Shown one piece after another: positions 9,533-18,894 of a stretch of 64,000 bases of DNA. Made by a program: the position numbers and the translations under genes. The notes under the pieces are model-generated. The model was not told the origin of the DNA, searched no databases, and saw nothing but the letters and a program-made list of their open reading frames with translations. Origin of the DNA: Candidatus Omnitrophota bacterium. Its GTDB lineage: Bacteria > Omnitrophota > Gorgyraeia > Zapsychrales > Fredricksoniimonadaceae. The stretch is from assembly GCA_903860135.1 (NCBI GenBank), contig CAIOPG010000006.1, positions 100,275-164,274 on the forward strand. The letters are read 5' to 3'. The first letter of the stretch is position 1, and every line of letters begins with the position of its first letter.

Positions 9533-10435
9533 ATGATCCCCAAAGATATCCTTGATAAAGTCCGCCGGATAGAGATCACGACCAATCGCCTTGTCACCGA
9601 TGTGTTTGCTGGTCAGTACCATAGTGTATTTAAGGGCCGAGGCATGGAGTTTGACGAGGTGCGCGCGTACCAGCCGGGAGATGATGTGCGCAGCATTGAC
9701 TGGAATGTGACGGCCCGGACAGGCATCCCGCATGTGAAAAAATTTGTTGAAGAACGCGAGATGACGGTCATGGTGCTTGTGGACGCATCGCTGTCTTGCC
9801 GGTTTTCTACGGCCCTAGAGTTAAAAAGTCGCCTTGCCGCCGAGATTGCCGCGGTACTGTCTTTTGCCGCGATCCGCAACAATGACAAGATCGGCCTTCA
9901 GATTTTTACGGATTCCGTCGAGAAGTTCATATCGCCACGCAAGGGGCGCGGTCATGTCCTGCGCATCATCCGCGAGGTGCTGTGCTTTTCAGCCGCCGGG
10001 CGTGGAACAGATATCGCGGCGGCACTTGAATTCATGACCAAGGTCAATCATCGCCGGGCGGTATGTTTCCTGATCTCTGATTTTATTGAGCCGTTGGCAG
10101 GTCAATCCTGGAGTTCACGTTTTGTGAAAGCCATGGCCATCGCCAACCGCCGGCATGACATCATCGCGGTGACGCTCAATGATCCGCGTGAAAAGCAATT
10201 GACGCCTTGCGGCTTGCTGGAATTAGAAGATGCCGAGTCAGGTGAGTCTGTGTGCGTGGACACAAATGATCCGGGTGTCCGAGCGGCTTATGCGCGTGCT
10301 GACAGGGAGCGCCTCACGGCGCGGGACCGGCTTTTTGGTTCGATGAAGGTGGATCATATCGATATATCAACAGATGTGCCTTATGCCGACAGCCTGGTGC
10401 GTTTCTTTGCTCGCCGGCGCAAGAGGTTGGGATGA
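9533..10435 (+). CDS. DUF58 family VWA-like protein
   Basis: FKGRGMEFDEVRAYQPGDDVRSIDWNVTAR and LISDF; position after moxR. Confidence 0.92.
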   Translation: MIPKDILDKVRRIEITTNRLVTDVFAGQYHSVFKGRGMEFDEVRAYQPGDDVRSIDWNVTARTGIPHVKKFVEEREMTVMVLVDASLSCRFSTALELKSRLAAEIAAVLSFAAIRNNDKIGLQIFTDSVEKFISPRKGRGHVLRIIREVLCFSAAGRGTDIAAALEFMTKVNHRRAVCFLISDFIEPLAGQSWSSRFVKAMAIANRRHDIIAVTLNDPREKQLTPCGLLELEDAESGESVCVDTNDPGVRAAYARADRERLTARDRLFGSMKVDHIDISTDVPYADSLVRFFARRRKRLG

Positions 10436-10956
10436 ACGGGGCGTCTGCGACAAGGGCCGGGGTGCTTGAGGCAGGGTTACGTGATATCCGCGGGCCCGTG
10501 GCTATTCCAGGTGAATGGCTTTGGCTCTGGCTACTTTCAGCCGGCATCTTTCTGGTTCTTCTTTTTTGGTTAGCCCGTCATTTTTCCAAACGGGCAACCC
10601 CCCAACCCGTTGTCATCCCGAAACCGGCCTGGGAGACGGCACTCTTGGCCCTGCAGGTATTGGAAAAAGCTGGTTTGATCGGGCAGGGGCGTGCGAAGGA
10701 ATATTATTCCAGTCTTTCCGGGATCGTGCGCGGGTATATTGAGGAACGTTTTGATGTGCGCGCGCCGGAAATGACAACCGAGGAGTTCATGGAGGCGATC
10801 CGTCATTCGGAGAAGTTGACCACAGACCAGCGGGGATTTCTCAAAGATTTCCTGAACGCCAGTGATATGGTCAAGTTCGCCCGTTTTGCTCCGTCGGGTG
10901 ATGATATGCGGCAGGTGATGGCACTGGCCAGGACGTTTGTCGAGGAGGTACGATGA
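10432..10956 (+). CDS. Bat-operon membrane protein (DUF4381-like)
   Basis: LRDIRGP followed by a TM segment, EMTTEE and DMVKFA; conserved position between DUF58 and batA. Confidence 0.75.
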   Translation: MNGASATRAGVLEAGLRDIRGPVAIPGEWLWLWLLSAGIFLVLLFWLARHFSKRATPQPVVIPKPAWETALLALQVLEKAGLIGQGRAKEYYSSLSGIVRGYIEERFDVRAPEMTTEEFMEAIRHSEKLTTDQRGFLKDFLNASDMVKFARFAPSGDDMRQVMALARTFVEEVR

Positions 10957-11948
10957 CGTTCAAGACGCCGTTGTTCTTGCTTTTGATCCCCCTGGTTCTT
11001 CCGTTCCTGGGTTTTTTATATTTTCGCAAGCGACCGCCGGTGTTCCTTTTTCCGTCGACGGCTTTTGTTTCTGGACTTCCGGTGACATGGCGTTTGCGGT
11101 TGAAACATGTGCCTTTTTTTCTCAGGATAGCGGTGCTGGCTCTTTTTATCCTCGCGCTGGCCGGCCCGGAGAAAGTCCTGCAAGATGCGCGATCGAGTTC
11201 GGAAGGGATCAGCATGGTTCTTCTTCTGGATACATCAACGAGCATGGCGGCTGAGGATTTTACGGTCAACGGTCAACGGATCAACCGTCTGGATGTTGTC
11301 AAATCTGTCCTGAAGGATTTTATTGCCGCGCGACCGGGTGACCGTTTGGGTTTGCTTGCTTTTGCGGCGCGCCCGTATACGGTCAGTCCGTTGACGGCCG
11401 ATCACGCTTGGCTTTTACAAAATCTGGAACGCGTACGTTTTGGCCTGATGGACGATGGGACCGCGATCGGTTCGGCCATCGCTGCGGGCACTGCGCGGTT
11501 ACGCAAGACTGAAGGCAAGAGCAAGGTGATCATCCTGTTGACCGATGGTGTTAATAATGCCGGGAAGATCGCGCCCCTGGAGGCGGCAGATACCGCGGCC
11601 ACGCTGGGCATTAAGGTTTATACCATCGGTGCCGGGACGCGCGAGATGGCACCTTATCCGGTGAAGGATTTGTTGGGGCGGACAATTTATCAGAATATTA
11701 AAGTTGAGATTGACGAGGATGTGCTTCAGAAGATCGCCGGGAAAACGGGAGGCGCCTATTTCCGGGCCACTGATACGGACTCACTCAAGCGCATTTATGA
11801 GCGTATCGACAAACTTGAGAAAGTCAAATTTGATGAGAACGGCTACCGTCAGGTTGAAGGTTACTTTGACATTGTGTTGCTGGCGGCACTGGTGCTTCTT
11901 TTGATCGAGCTCATCCTTGCCAGGACTATATTCTTGAGGATACCGTGA
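10953..11948 (+). CDS. batA: BatA VWA-domain protein
   Basis: N-terminal TM segments, MIDAS DTSTSM, GTAIG and LLTDG. Confidence 0.88.
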   Translation: MTFKTPLFLLLIPLVLPFLGFLYFRKRPPVFLFPSTAFVSGLPVTWRLRLKHVPFFLRIAVLALFILALAGPEKVLQDARSSSEGISMVLLLDTSTSMAAEDFTVNGQRINRLDVVKSVLKDFIAARPGDRLGLLAFAARPYTVSPLTADHAWLLQNLERVRFGLMDDGTAIGSAIAAGTARLRKTEGKSKVIILLTDGVNNAGKIAPLEAADTAATLGIKVYTIGAGTREMAPYPVKDLLGRTIYQNIKVEIDEDVLQKIAGKTGGAYFRATDTDSLKRIYERIDKLEKVKFDENGYRQVEGYFDIVLLAALVLLLIELILARTIFLRIP

Positions 11949-12952
11949 TCCATTTCGCCCAACCTTCTTTCTGGAACGGTCTTTTGGGTGTTGGCTTTGT
12001 TGCCTTCTTGCTGGTTTTTCTGGCCAGGCTACGGCGTAAGATCAGCTACCGCTTTGGCGACAAGATGCTGGCGCGCGTGACGGCGCGCAGTTTCGAGCGG
12101 CAACGGTTCATTTGGAAAGAAGCCCTGATTGTTGCGGCTTTCTTTTTTTCAGTGGTTGCCCTGGCGCGGCCTCAATGGGGCTTTGAGTGGCAGAGTGTGA
12201 AGCGGCAGGGGCTCGATATCCTTGTGGTGATGGACACGTCAAAGAGCATGTTGACCGAGGATGTCAAGCCAAATCGCCTCGAGCGTGCTAAATTTGCGGT
12301 TAAGGATCTCGTGAAGAAACTTCAAGGCGACAGGGCGGGACTGATCCCTTTTGCCGGGGATGCTTTCTTGTCATGCCCGTTGACCACGGATTATGGCGGA
12401 TTTCTCCTCAGCCTTGATGATGTGAGTGTTCAGACGATCCCCCGTGGCGGAACGAATATTGCCCGGGCCATCGAAGAGGCATTGCAAGGGTATGTCGATG
12501 TGCCGGCGCAGTACAAGGTTATTGTTATTTTGACCGATGGTGAAAGTCTGGAGGGTGATCCGCTACGCTGGGCCAGGACAGCAGCCGAAAAGAATGTCCG
12601 AATTTATACCGTCGGCATTGGCACACGCGAGGGGGAACTCGTCAAGGTTACGGATGAGAGCGGTAGCGGCGGTTTTCTCAAGGATTCCTCAGGAAATTTT
12701 GTTAAATCTTCGCTCAACGAAGGTGCGCTCAAGGAAATTGCCGCGATCACGGGGGGAGCTTATGTGCGTGCCAGCGGGGCTGAACTTGGGCTGGATTATC
12801 TTTATGACCATTATTTGTCGCATTTGGAAAAACGCGACATTGAGAGCCGGATGGAGCAGCGGTATCATGAACGGTTTCAGTTTCCTCTTTTTGCGGCTTT
12901 TCTTTTATTGTTGATCGAGGTCATGTTATCGGTCAGGAGGCCTGAAACGTGA
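11945..12952 (+). CDS. batB: BatB VWA-domain protein
   Basis: ALARPQWG, DTSKSM, DVKPNRL and ILTDGE. Confidence 0.88.
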   Translation: MIHFAQPSFWNGLLGVGFVAFLLVFLARLRRKISYRFGDKMLARVTARSFERQRFIWKEALIVAAFFFSVVALARPQWGFEWQSVKRQGLDILVVMDTSKSMLTEDVKPNRLERAKFAVKDLVKKLQGDRAGLIPFAGDAFLSCPLTTDYGGFLLSLDDVSVQTIPRGGTNIARAIEEALQGYVDVPAQYKVIVILTDGESLEGDPLRWARTAAEKNVRIYTVGIGTREGELVKVTDESGSGGFLKDSSGNFVKSSLNEGALKEIAAITGGAYVRASGAELGLDYLYDHYLSHLEKRDIESRMEQRYHERFQFPLFAAFLLLLIEVMLSVRRPET

Positions 12953-13776
12953 AAATTTTCTTTATGGCACTGATGATCTGCCTTATGGCTGTTCCGGTGC
13001 ATGCGTCTGGCGCGGCAGGGGATGTTGCGGCAGGGAATAGCCTGTTCAAGCAACAAAAGTTCCCTGAAGCGCGTTTGCGTTATGAATCTGCCGCACGCAA
13101 GGATCCTGCAGAGGCAAGGATTGAGTATGATATTGCTACAGCGGCGTACAAGGCGGGGGATTTTGATGCCGCTACCGATCATTTTCAGAAAAGCCTTTTG
13201 ACCGAAGATGATCATTTTCGGCGGGATGTTCATTACAATCTTGGGAATGCGTTTTACAAGGCTGGGATGTCCCGTGAAGATAAGAATCTGGAACAAGCCT
13301 TGCAGCGCCTTGAGGGAGCTGTGGGCAGTTTTGAGAAAGCGCTGGGAGTTGATCCACATGATGCGGATGCGGCCCATAACAGGGATTTTGTTAAACAGGA
13401 AATAATACGGCTACAACAGAAACAGCAACAGCAGAAGCAACAGCAACAGCAGAAGCAACAGCAAAAAGACGGCCAGCAAGGAAAAGAGCAACAACAAGCG
13501 TCGTCTTCGCAAGACAAGAAGGATGGTGAAACGCCGTCATCAGCGGAACCTAAGAAGGATGAGGAGAATGGATCCCCTTCCGGTGAGGGCCAGTCGAAGA
13601 ATGCTTCGGAAGAAAAGAAAGAGCCTCTGACTGGACAAGGTGCTGAGCGGCAGATATCATCACAGAAAGAGGCCAACGATCTTGTGGATGATTTTGAACG
13701 CAATGAACTTCCCAAAGGGTTTTTGAATTTTATCCATCAGGCGCGCGATCCGCGTCCTGTTGAGAAAGACTGGTAG
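12949..13776 (+). CDS. batC: BatC TPR protein with Gln-rich linker
   Basis: Signal peptide, TPR motif YNLGNAFY, poly-Q/K tract and C-terminal EKDW. Confidence 0.85.
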   Translation: MKIFFMALMICLMAVPVHASGAAGDVAAGNSLFKQQKFPEARLRYESAARKDPAEARIEYDIATAAYKAGDFDAATDHFQKSLLTEDDHFRRDVHYNLGNAFYKAGMSREDKNLEQALQRLEGAVGSFEKALGVDPHDADAAHNRDFVKQEIIRLQQKQQQQKQQQQQKQQQKDGQQGKEQQQASSSQDKKDGETPSSAEPKKDEENGSPSGEGQSKNASEEKKEPLTGQGAERQISSQKEANDLVDDFERNELPKGFLNFIHQARDPRPVEKDW

Positions 13777-13778
13777 GT

Positions 13779-15572
13779 ATGCATATGCGAAAATCAGTGA
13801 TGATCATGTTGTTTGCATTGATGCTCAGTACGGCTCAGGCGACGGATATAACGGTTAAGGCGACGGTGAAGTCGGCACGGATTGCTTTCGGATCGGTCGT
13901 GTCATATACCATTACCGTCAACGGAGCGCAGGATCTTCAGCCACCGGCACTGCCACCCATAGACGGGCTTGACGTGCGTTACAGCGGGCCGGCGACGCAT
14001 GTGGCCGTTATTAATGGCGTATATTCGGTTGAGCAGTCTTTTAATTACGTTCTTATTCCTTTAAAGAAAGGCAGTTTGACTATCCCGCCGGTTGAGGTGG
14101 ATGTTAAGGGCCAGAAGTTTACGACAGAGGCTGTTGCTGTCGATGTTGTTACCGCCGTGGATGAAACACCTTCAGTTAATGGGGGCGGAGATAAGGTTCA
14201 GGACATTGAAAGCCGTTTAAAAGTGTTGATGGCGGTATCGAAAGCCCGGGTTTACGCGGGAGAGTCTGTTCCTTTGACCATTCGGCTTTATGTGAATCAG
14301 CTTTCTCTTCAGGAACTTTCTTTTCCTGAAATAACGCACGATGGTTTTCGCCTGGAGTCTTTTTCGGAGCCCAAGCAGTTCCAGGAAGCCATGGATGGCA
14401 TTAATTGGCAGGTGATCGAGTTTTCTACATTGCTTTATCCCACGCGCGCCGGCGGGATCAAGATATCTCCGGCCGTCCTTCGAGGAAGCCTTCTTTTTAA
14501 GGCAGAGTCATCCAAAGATACGTCGGGCGGCCTTTTTGATGACGGATTTTTCGGCAATTTCTTTACCTCTTACCAGAAACGTCCGGTTACCATGACGTCC
14601 AATGCGGTAACGTTGGATGCGCTTCCTTTGCCCGAGGAAGGTAAACCAGCGGATTTTTCGGGGGCTGTGGGTGAGTTTGAATTTACAGCTGAAGCAGCTC
14701 CTCTTAAAGTGAAGGCTGGTGATCCGGTCACGTTACGCATGCAGCTCACGGGGGTTGGCAGTATGAAAGCGGTTACGTTGCCGGTATTCAAAGCTGACGG
14801 TTTTAAAGTTTATGATCCGCAGATCAAGGATGAAGGCGCCCGTAAAAGCCTTGAACAGGTTCTTATTCCGACAGATGTGAAGCTATCAGCCATACCTCCT
14901 GTGAAATTTACTTATTTTGATGTGAAGTCAGGGGCTTATCGCATGATCGAACGTGGCCCTTTTCCGCTTCAGGTGGCACCGGCTTCTAAGGGGGATGAAT
15001 TCCAGGCTGTTGGTTTTTCAAGGTCGGCTGAGGTTTCTGTTCCTGAAACGTTTGGTCGAGACATTGTGTTCATCAAGGATCATCCCGGACGGCTTGAAAA
15101 GCGCGCGGATGCCCCGCTATGGCAGATGGCATTTTATGTCATCCTTGCGCTTTATCTCCAGGCCTGGGGTGCCTTCTTGGTTATTTATCTTCGCCGGCGC
15201 AGATTAATGAATGACCCGCGCTTCGCCCGGCAAGCGGCCGCGGCCAGGGAAGCGCGAGCCGTGTTTAAGGCCGCCCGTGAGCATTTGGCTGACGGGAATA
15301 CCAAGGGGTTTTATGAGGTGCTGGAGAACGGGTTGAGGGATTATTTTTCTTCCAGATGCGGTCTTCCTTCAGGGAACCTTGACATACTATCTGTGGAAGA
15401 GGTTTTGCGGGCGGCGCAGCTTGACGAGAAATATATCTTGCGTCTTAAAGATATTTATAAAGTCGCCGAACATGCCCGTTTTGCCGGTATGCCGGGGGGC
15501 GTTGAGGGGATGCAGTCCCACCTGGCTGATGCGGAGGATATTGTTCGGCTTGTGGAAAGGCGGTCGCGATGA
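13779..15572 (+). CDS. batD: BatD family protein
   Basis: Signal peptide, Ig-like repeats, FSGAVGEF motif and a C-terminal TM segment. Confidence 0.88.
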   Translation: MHMRKSVMIMLFALMLSTAQATDITVKATVKSARIAFGSVVSYTITVNGAQDLQPPALPPIDGLDVRYSGPATHVAVINGVYSVEQSFNYVLIPLKKGSLTIPPVEVDVKGQKFTTEAVAVDVVTAVDETPSVNGGGDKVQDIESRLKVLMAVSKARVYAGESVPLTIRLYVNQLSLQELSFPEITHDGFRLESFSEPKQFQEAMDGINWQVIEFSTLLYPTRAGGIKISPAVLRGSLLFKAESSKDTSGGLFDDGFFGNFFTSYQKRPVTMTSNAVTLDALPLPEEGKPADFSGAVGEFEFTAEAAPLKVKAGDPVTLRMQLTGVGSMKAVTLPVFKADGFKVYDPQIKDEGARKSLEQVLIPTDVKLSAIPPVKFTYFDVKSGAYRMIERGPFPLQVAPASKGDEFQAVGFSRSAEVSVPETFGRDIVFIKDHPGRLEKRADAPLWQMAFYVILALYLQAWGAFLVIYLRRRRLMNDPRFARQAAAAREARAVFKAAREHLADGNTKGFYEVLENGLRDYFSSRCGLPSGNLDILSVEEVLRAAQLDEKYILRLKDIYKVAEHARFAGMPGGVEGMQSHLADAEDIVRLVERRSR

Positions 15573-16321
15573 AATTATGGAGGATGTTGCTTTTATTTCT
15601 GGTTGTTATGTTCATGGGGCTGTCAGTTGCTCGCGCGGATGCGGGCAGGGCGGAAGCCGAGAAGTTTTTTATTAATGCTGTTAAAGCTTATCACGAGGCG
15701 CATTATACCGATGCGGTGGCATTGAATGAAGCTATTTTGGCACAGGGTTTTTCATCGCCGGCAGTTTATTACAATCTCGGGAACGCGGCGTTTAAATCCA
15801 GACGGATAGGGAAAGCTATCCTGAATTATTTACGCGCCCGGAGCCTAGCACCGCGCGATAGCGATATTCGGGCGAATCTGTCATTTGCCAGAACCATGGT
15901 CGAGAACTATGCACCGGTCAGGTCGGTATCGGCATTCGCGCCGCTGGAAAGATTATTTTCCGGTAATGAGCTTCAGTGGCTGGCGTTGTCGTTGCTGGCA
16001 TTAACGGGGATTTTCTTCCTTGGAAGTCTTTATGCGGGGTTCCCTCAGAAGAGGGTGGTTCAGGGTACAGTCCTTCTGGTTTTGGTAACCGGATATTTTT
16101 CGGCGGCTTCTTTTGCCCATACGCTAGATCAAATAGGGGCATCGGTTTGTGTTGGTAAGGCCGAGGCGCGATTTGAACCGAATGCCCAAGCGACGCTTTA
16201 TTTTAATGTTCCTGAAGGGACCGAGGTGCGGATACATCGGGAAAAAGATGGCTGGGCCAAGATCGAGCGTTCGGATGGTAAGTCCGGCTGGATCATGTCA
16301 GTGCTGGCAGAAAAAATATAG
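15569..16321 (+). CDS. batE: BatE TPR plus SH3-like protein
   Basis: YYNLGNA...AILNY TPR motif, TM segments and a C-terminal GWAKI...GWI SH3b-like motif. Confidence 0.85.
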   Translation: MKLWRMLLLFLVVMFMGLSVARADAGRAEAEKFFINAVKAYHEAHYTDAVALNEAILAQGFSSPAVYYNLGNAAFKSRRIGKAILNYLRARSLAPRDSDIRANLSFARTMVENYAPVRSVSAFAPLERLFSGNELQWLALSLLALTGIFFLGSLYAGFPQKRVVQGTVLLVLVTGYFSAASFAHTLDQIGASVCVGKAEARFEPNAQATLYFNVPEGTEVRIHREKDGWAKIERSDGKSGWIMSVLAEKI

Positions 16322-16328
16322 GGGGTTT

Positions 16329-17156
16329 ATGTCGCAAGAAATGGATGTCATGCTGTCGATCGTTCGCGATGGGGGGCGTATCGCTTTGCGTCTGATCGAT
16401 GATTGCCACCCAGAACTCAAATCCGATGCGTCGGTGGTTACCCGTGCGGATATGGCTGTATCTGCGCTGGCGCAGGAACGGCTCAGACCTTTTCTCAAAG
16501 CTGGCTCGCATATCCTTATTGATGAAGAAACAGTTGCCCGGACAGGTAAACCTGCCGATGTCCTTGCCCGTGATGTACCGTTTATCTGGGCTATCGACCC
16601 TATTGACGGCACACGTCCTTACGCCAACAACATGCCTCAATATGCGGTGTCGCTGGGTCTCATGAAGGATAAAAAGCCATGGATGGGTGCTGTGTATTTT
16701 CCGACGATGCGTGAGCTGTTTTATTGTGATGGCAAAGATGCTTGGTTTGTGACGGAGCCTTTCGGGTTCAGGGCTAGGCGCCGGCGTATTGTTCCAGTTG
16801 ATGCCGTACTCTCGAGTCGTTCAGTATTCATTGCGACCGATGAGGTCGTCGAGAAGTTCGCCTGGCGTTCGCAAGATTGCCGCTTGATGATCTTTGCTTC
16901 TGCGGTGAGCGAGTTTTGCTGGCCAGCGATCGGCCGCGGCTGTGGCTCTTTGTCGCGGGTCTTTGTGTGGGATATTGCCGGTTCATGGCCCATCGCCCTA
17001 CAGGCAGGGCTCAGGTTTCGCTCGGTGCAGACAGGTTTGCCTTTGGATAAACTGGAACCGGGTATTTTTGATGAAGCCTGGAGATTGAAAGATCATTATA
17101 TCCTTTCATCTGACCGTAATTTTCCGTTATTGCGGGATAAATTAAAAGCTATTTGA
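16329..17156 (+). CDS. Inositol monophosphatase family phosphatase
   Basis: VTRAD, DEE, IDPIDGT and WDIAG. Confidence 0.88.
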   Translation: MSQEMDVMLSIVRDGGRIALRLIDDCHPELKSDASVVTRADMAVSALAQERLRPFLKAGSHILIDEETVARTGKPADVLARDVPFIWAIDPIDGTRPYANNMPQYAVSLGLMKDKKPWMGAVYFPTMRELFYCDGKDAWFVTEPFGFRARRRRIVPVDAVLSSRSVFIATDEVVEKFAWRSQDCRLMIFASAVSEFCWPAIGRGCGSLSRVFVWDIAGSWPIALQAGLRFRSVQTGLPLDKLEPGIFDEAWRLKDHYILSSDRNFPLLRDKLKAI

Positions 17157-17623
17157 GGTTATTGCCTGTGATCCACGACTATATTGATAATTTCTTGCGT
17201 TATTCTCTGCCGGGGGCGGGTCTTATCCTTGAGTTTCTTCGGACGAATCCCGCCCATGCATTGCCTTTGGTTGAACACGCCATCAACGGACGTGAGCTTT
17301 TTGTTCGTCCTGCGGCTTATTCAACCCGGCTTCCTGAAGAGGGGCGTTTTGAAGTCCATCAGCTTTATATGGATGTTCAGTATGTCATCAGCGGTGTTGA
17401 ACGCATGCAGTCTGTTCCTGCGGATGCTTTATTGCCGGCAACGGCATATGATCCTGTGGCGGATATTCAGTTCTTCACAGCGGATCATGACATCACCGAT
17501 GTTTGTGTGAAGCCCGGGGAATTTGTTGTTTATTTTCCCGGAGAGGCGCATCGCCCCATGTGCCAGCGAGGATCAGTCCCGGAGCTTGTCAAAAAACTTG
17601 TTTTCAAGATAAAAATATCCTAG
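17153..17623 (+). CDS. YhcH/YjgK/YiaL (DUF386) family protein
   Basis: FEVHQLYMDVQY, FPGEAHRP and VKKLVFK; the exact start is uncertain. Confidence 0.85.
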   Translation: MRLLPVIHDYIDNFLRYSLPGAGLILEFLRTNPAHALPLVEHAINGRELFVRPAAYSTRLPEEGRFEVHQLYMDVQYVISGVERMQSVPADALLPATAYDPVADIQFFTADHDITDVCVKPGEFVVYFPGEAHRPMCQRGSVPELVKKLVFKIKIS

Positions 17624-17866
17624 TGTTTTTTATCCAGTAGCCGATGAACGATTTTCTCTACGTGAAGATCAGCCTGGAATAGGGTGCCTATTTTTCCTGT
17701 TTATTTTGTGTAAATTTCTTTGATGTTATATATACTATTAAAATATATTGATCCCGGGTATTCCCTGGCGTGTTGTTGTGCCAACGGTATCGTTCGTTGA
17801 TAGATGGCAGATGCACGATCCGGGTTTATAAATTAACGGAAAAGTATTTCAGAATATTCAGGTGGT

Positions 17867-18844
17867 ATGGAACTTCAAGAGATTTATCAGCCGATCGCAA
17901 AAGATTTCAAGAAATTAGCCGTGATGTTGAAAACCTCGCTCGGAGGACGTGACAGCAAGGTGATTCTTGAGATAAACAAATTTCTCCTTGGGTCTGGCGG
18001 AAAGAAATTGCGCCCGGCCATGGTTTTCTTGTCGGCGCAAGCTGTCAGGGGGCGAGGCATATCCCGGCAAATGGATGGAAAGTTGGTCGAGCTGGCGGCG
18101 GCGGTGGAACTTATTCACCAGGCTTCGTTAATTCATGATGATGTGATCGATCATGCTGCATTAAGGCATCGCCAGCCGACGGTCAATCACCGATGGGGCC
18201 AGGATGTCGCTATCGCGGCAGGTGATTATTTCTACGCCGAGGCATTTCGTCTGGTTGCTGCCTGTGGTAATGCCGGTGTACTTGATTGCATGGGCACGGC
18301 GACAAAGTTGATGTGCGAGGGGGAATTGTCTCAGATATGCGAAAGGGGCAATGTTGATTTGCTCAAACGGCAATATCTTGTGATGGTGCAAAAAAAGACA
18401 GCGGCATTGTTTGCGGCATCTTGTCATGCGGGTGTCCTGCTGGCGGGGGCAAACTTGACAGACCAAAAGACCTTCAAGGACTATGGTTCAAATTTCGGCA
18501 TGGCTTTTCAGGTCAGGGATGATTATCTTGATCTGATTGGGCAAGAAGAGGTCTTGGGTAAAATTTCCGGTGCCGATTTTCATGTTGGCGAGTGGACGTT
18601 GCCTGTTTTTAATCTTCTGGCCCAGAGCGAAGAAAGGGCGTCGACCTTGAAGTTAATGCGTCAGCCTGACAGGCAGGCAGCATTAAAAGAAATACGGCAA
18701 AAGTTTATGAATTCACGGGCACTCTTGAAAACCAAGAATGAAGTGAATGGCTATGTGCGAAAAGCTCAAGAAAGTATACGCGGTTTGAAAGGATCACCGT
18801 TCAAGGATAGTTTGCTGGCGTTGGCGGAAAATGTTTCCGTATAG
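17867..18844 (+). CDS. Long-chain polyprenyl diphosphate synthase (quinone side chain)
   Basis: GGKKLRP, SLIHDDVID...RH, KKTAALF and FQVRDDYLD. Confidence 0.92.
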   Translation: MELQEIYQPIAKDFKKLAVMLKTSLGGRDSKVILEINKFLLGSGGKKLRPAMVFLSAQAVRGRGISRQMDGKLVELAAAVELIHQASLIHDDVIDHAALRHRQPTVNHRWGQDVAIAAGDYFYAEAFRLVAACGNAGVLDCMGTATKLMCEGELSQICERGNVDLLKRQYLVMVQKKTAALFAASCHAGVLLAGANLTDQKTFKDYGSNFGMAFQVRDDYLDLIGQEEVLGKISGADFHVGEWTLPVFNLLAQSEERASTLKLMRQPDRQAALKEIRQKFMNSRALLKTKNEVNGYVRKAQESIRGLKGSPFKDSLLALAENVSV

Positions 18845-18894
18845 ACAGGGTTGTTGCTGACGGGGGATTTTGGGGATCTCCTATAATATTTAAC

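Noticed and set aside
13411-13500. CAA/CAG/AAG tandem tract (poly-Q/K) and its antisense poly-Cys ORF (13254-13715)
   Set aside because: A Gln-rich linker is normal for BatC. The Cys-rich minus-strand ORF is only its reverse complement, not a precursor peptide or CRISPR array.
8515-16321. MoxR-Bat operon as a novel system
   Set aside because: It is a widespread, well-described gene order with no unusual additions here.
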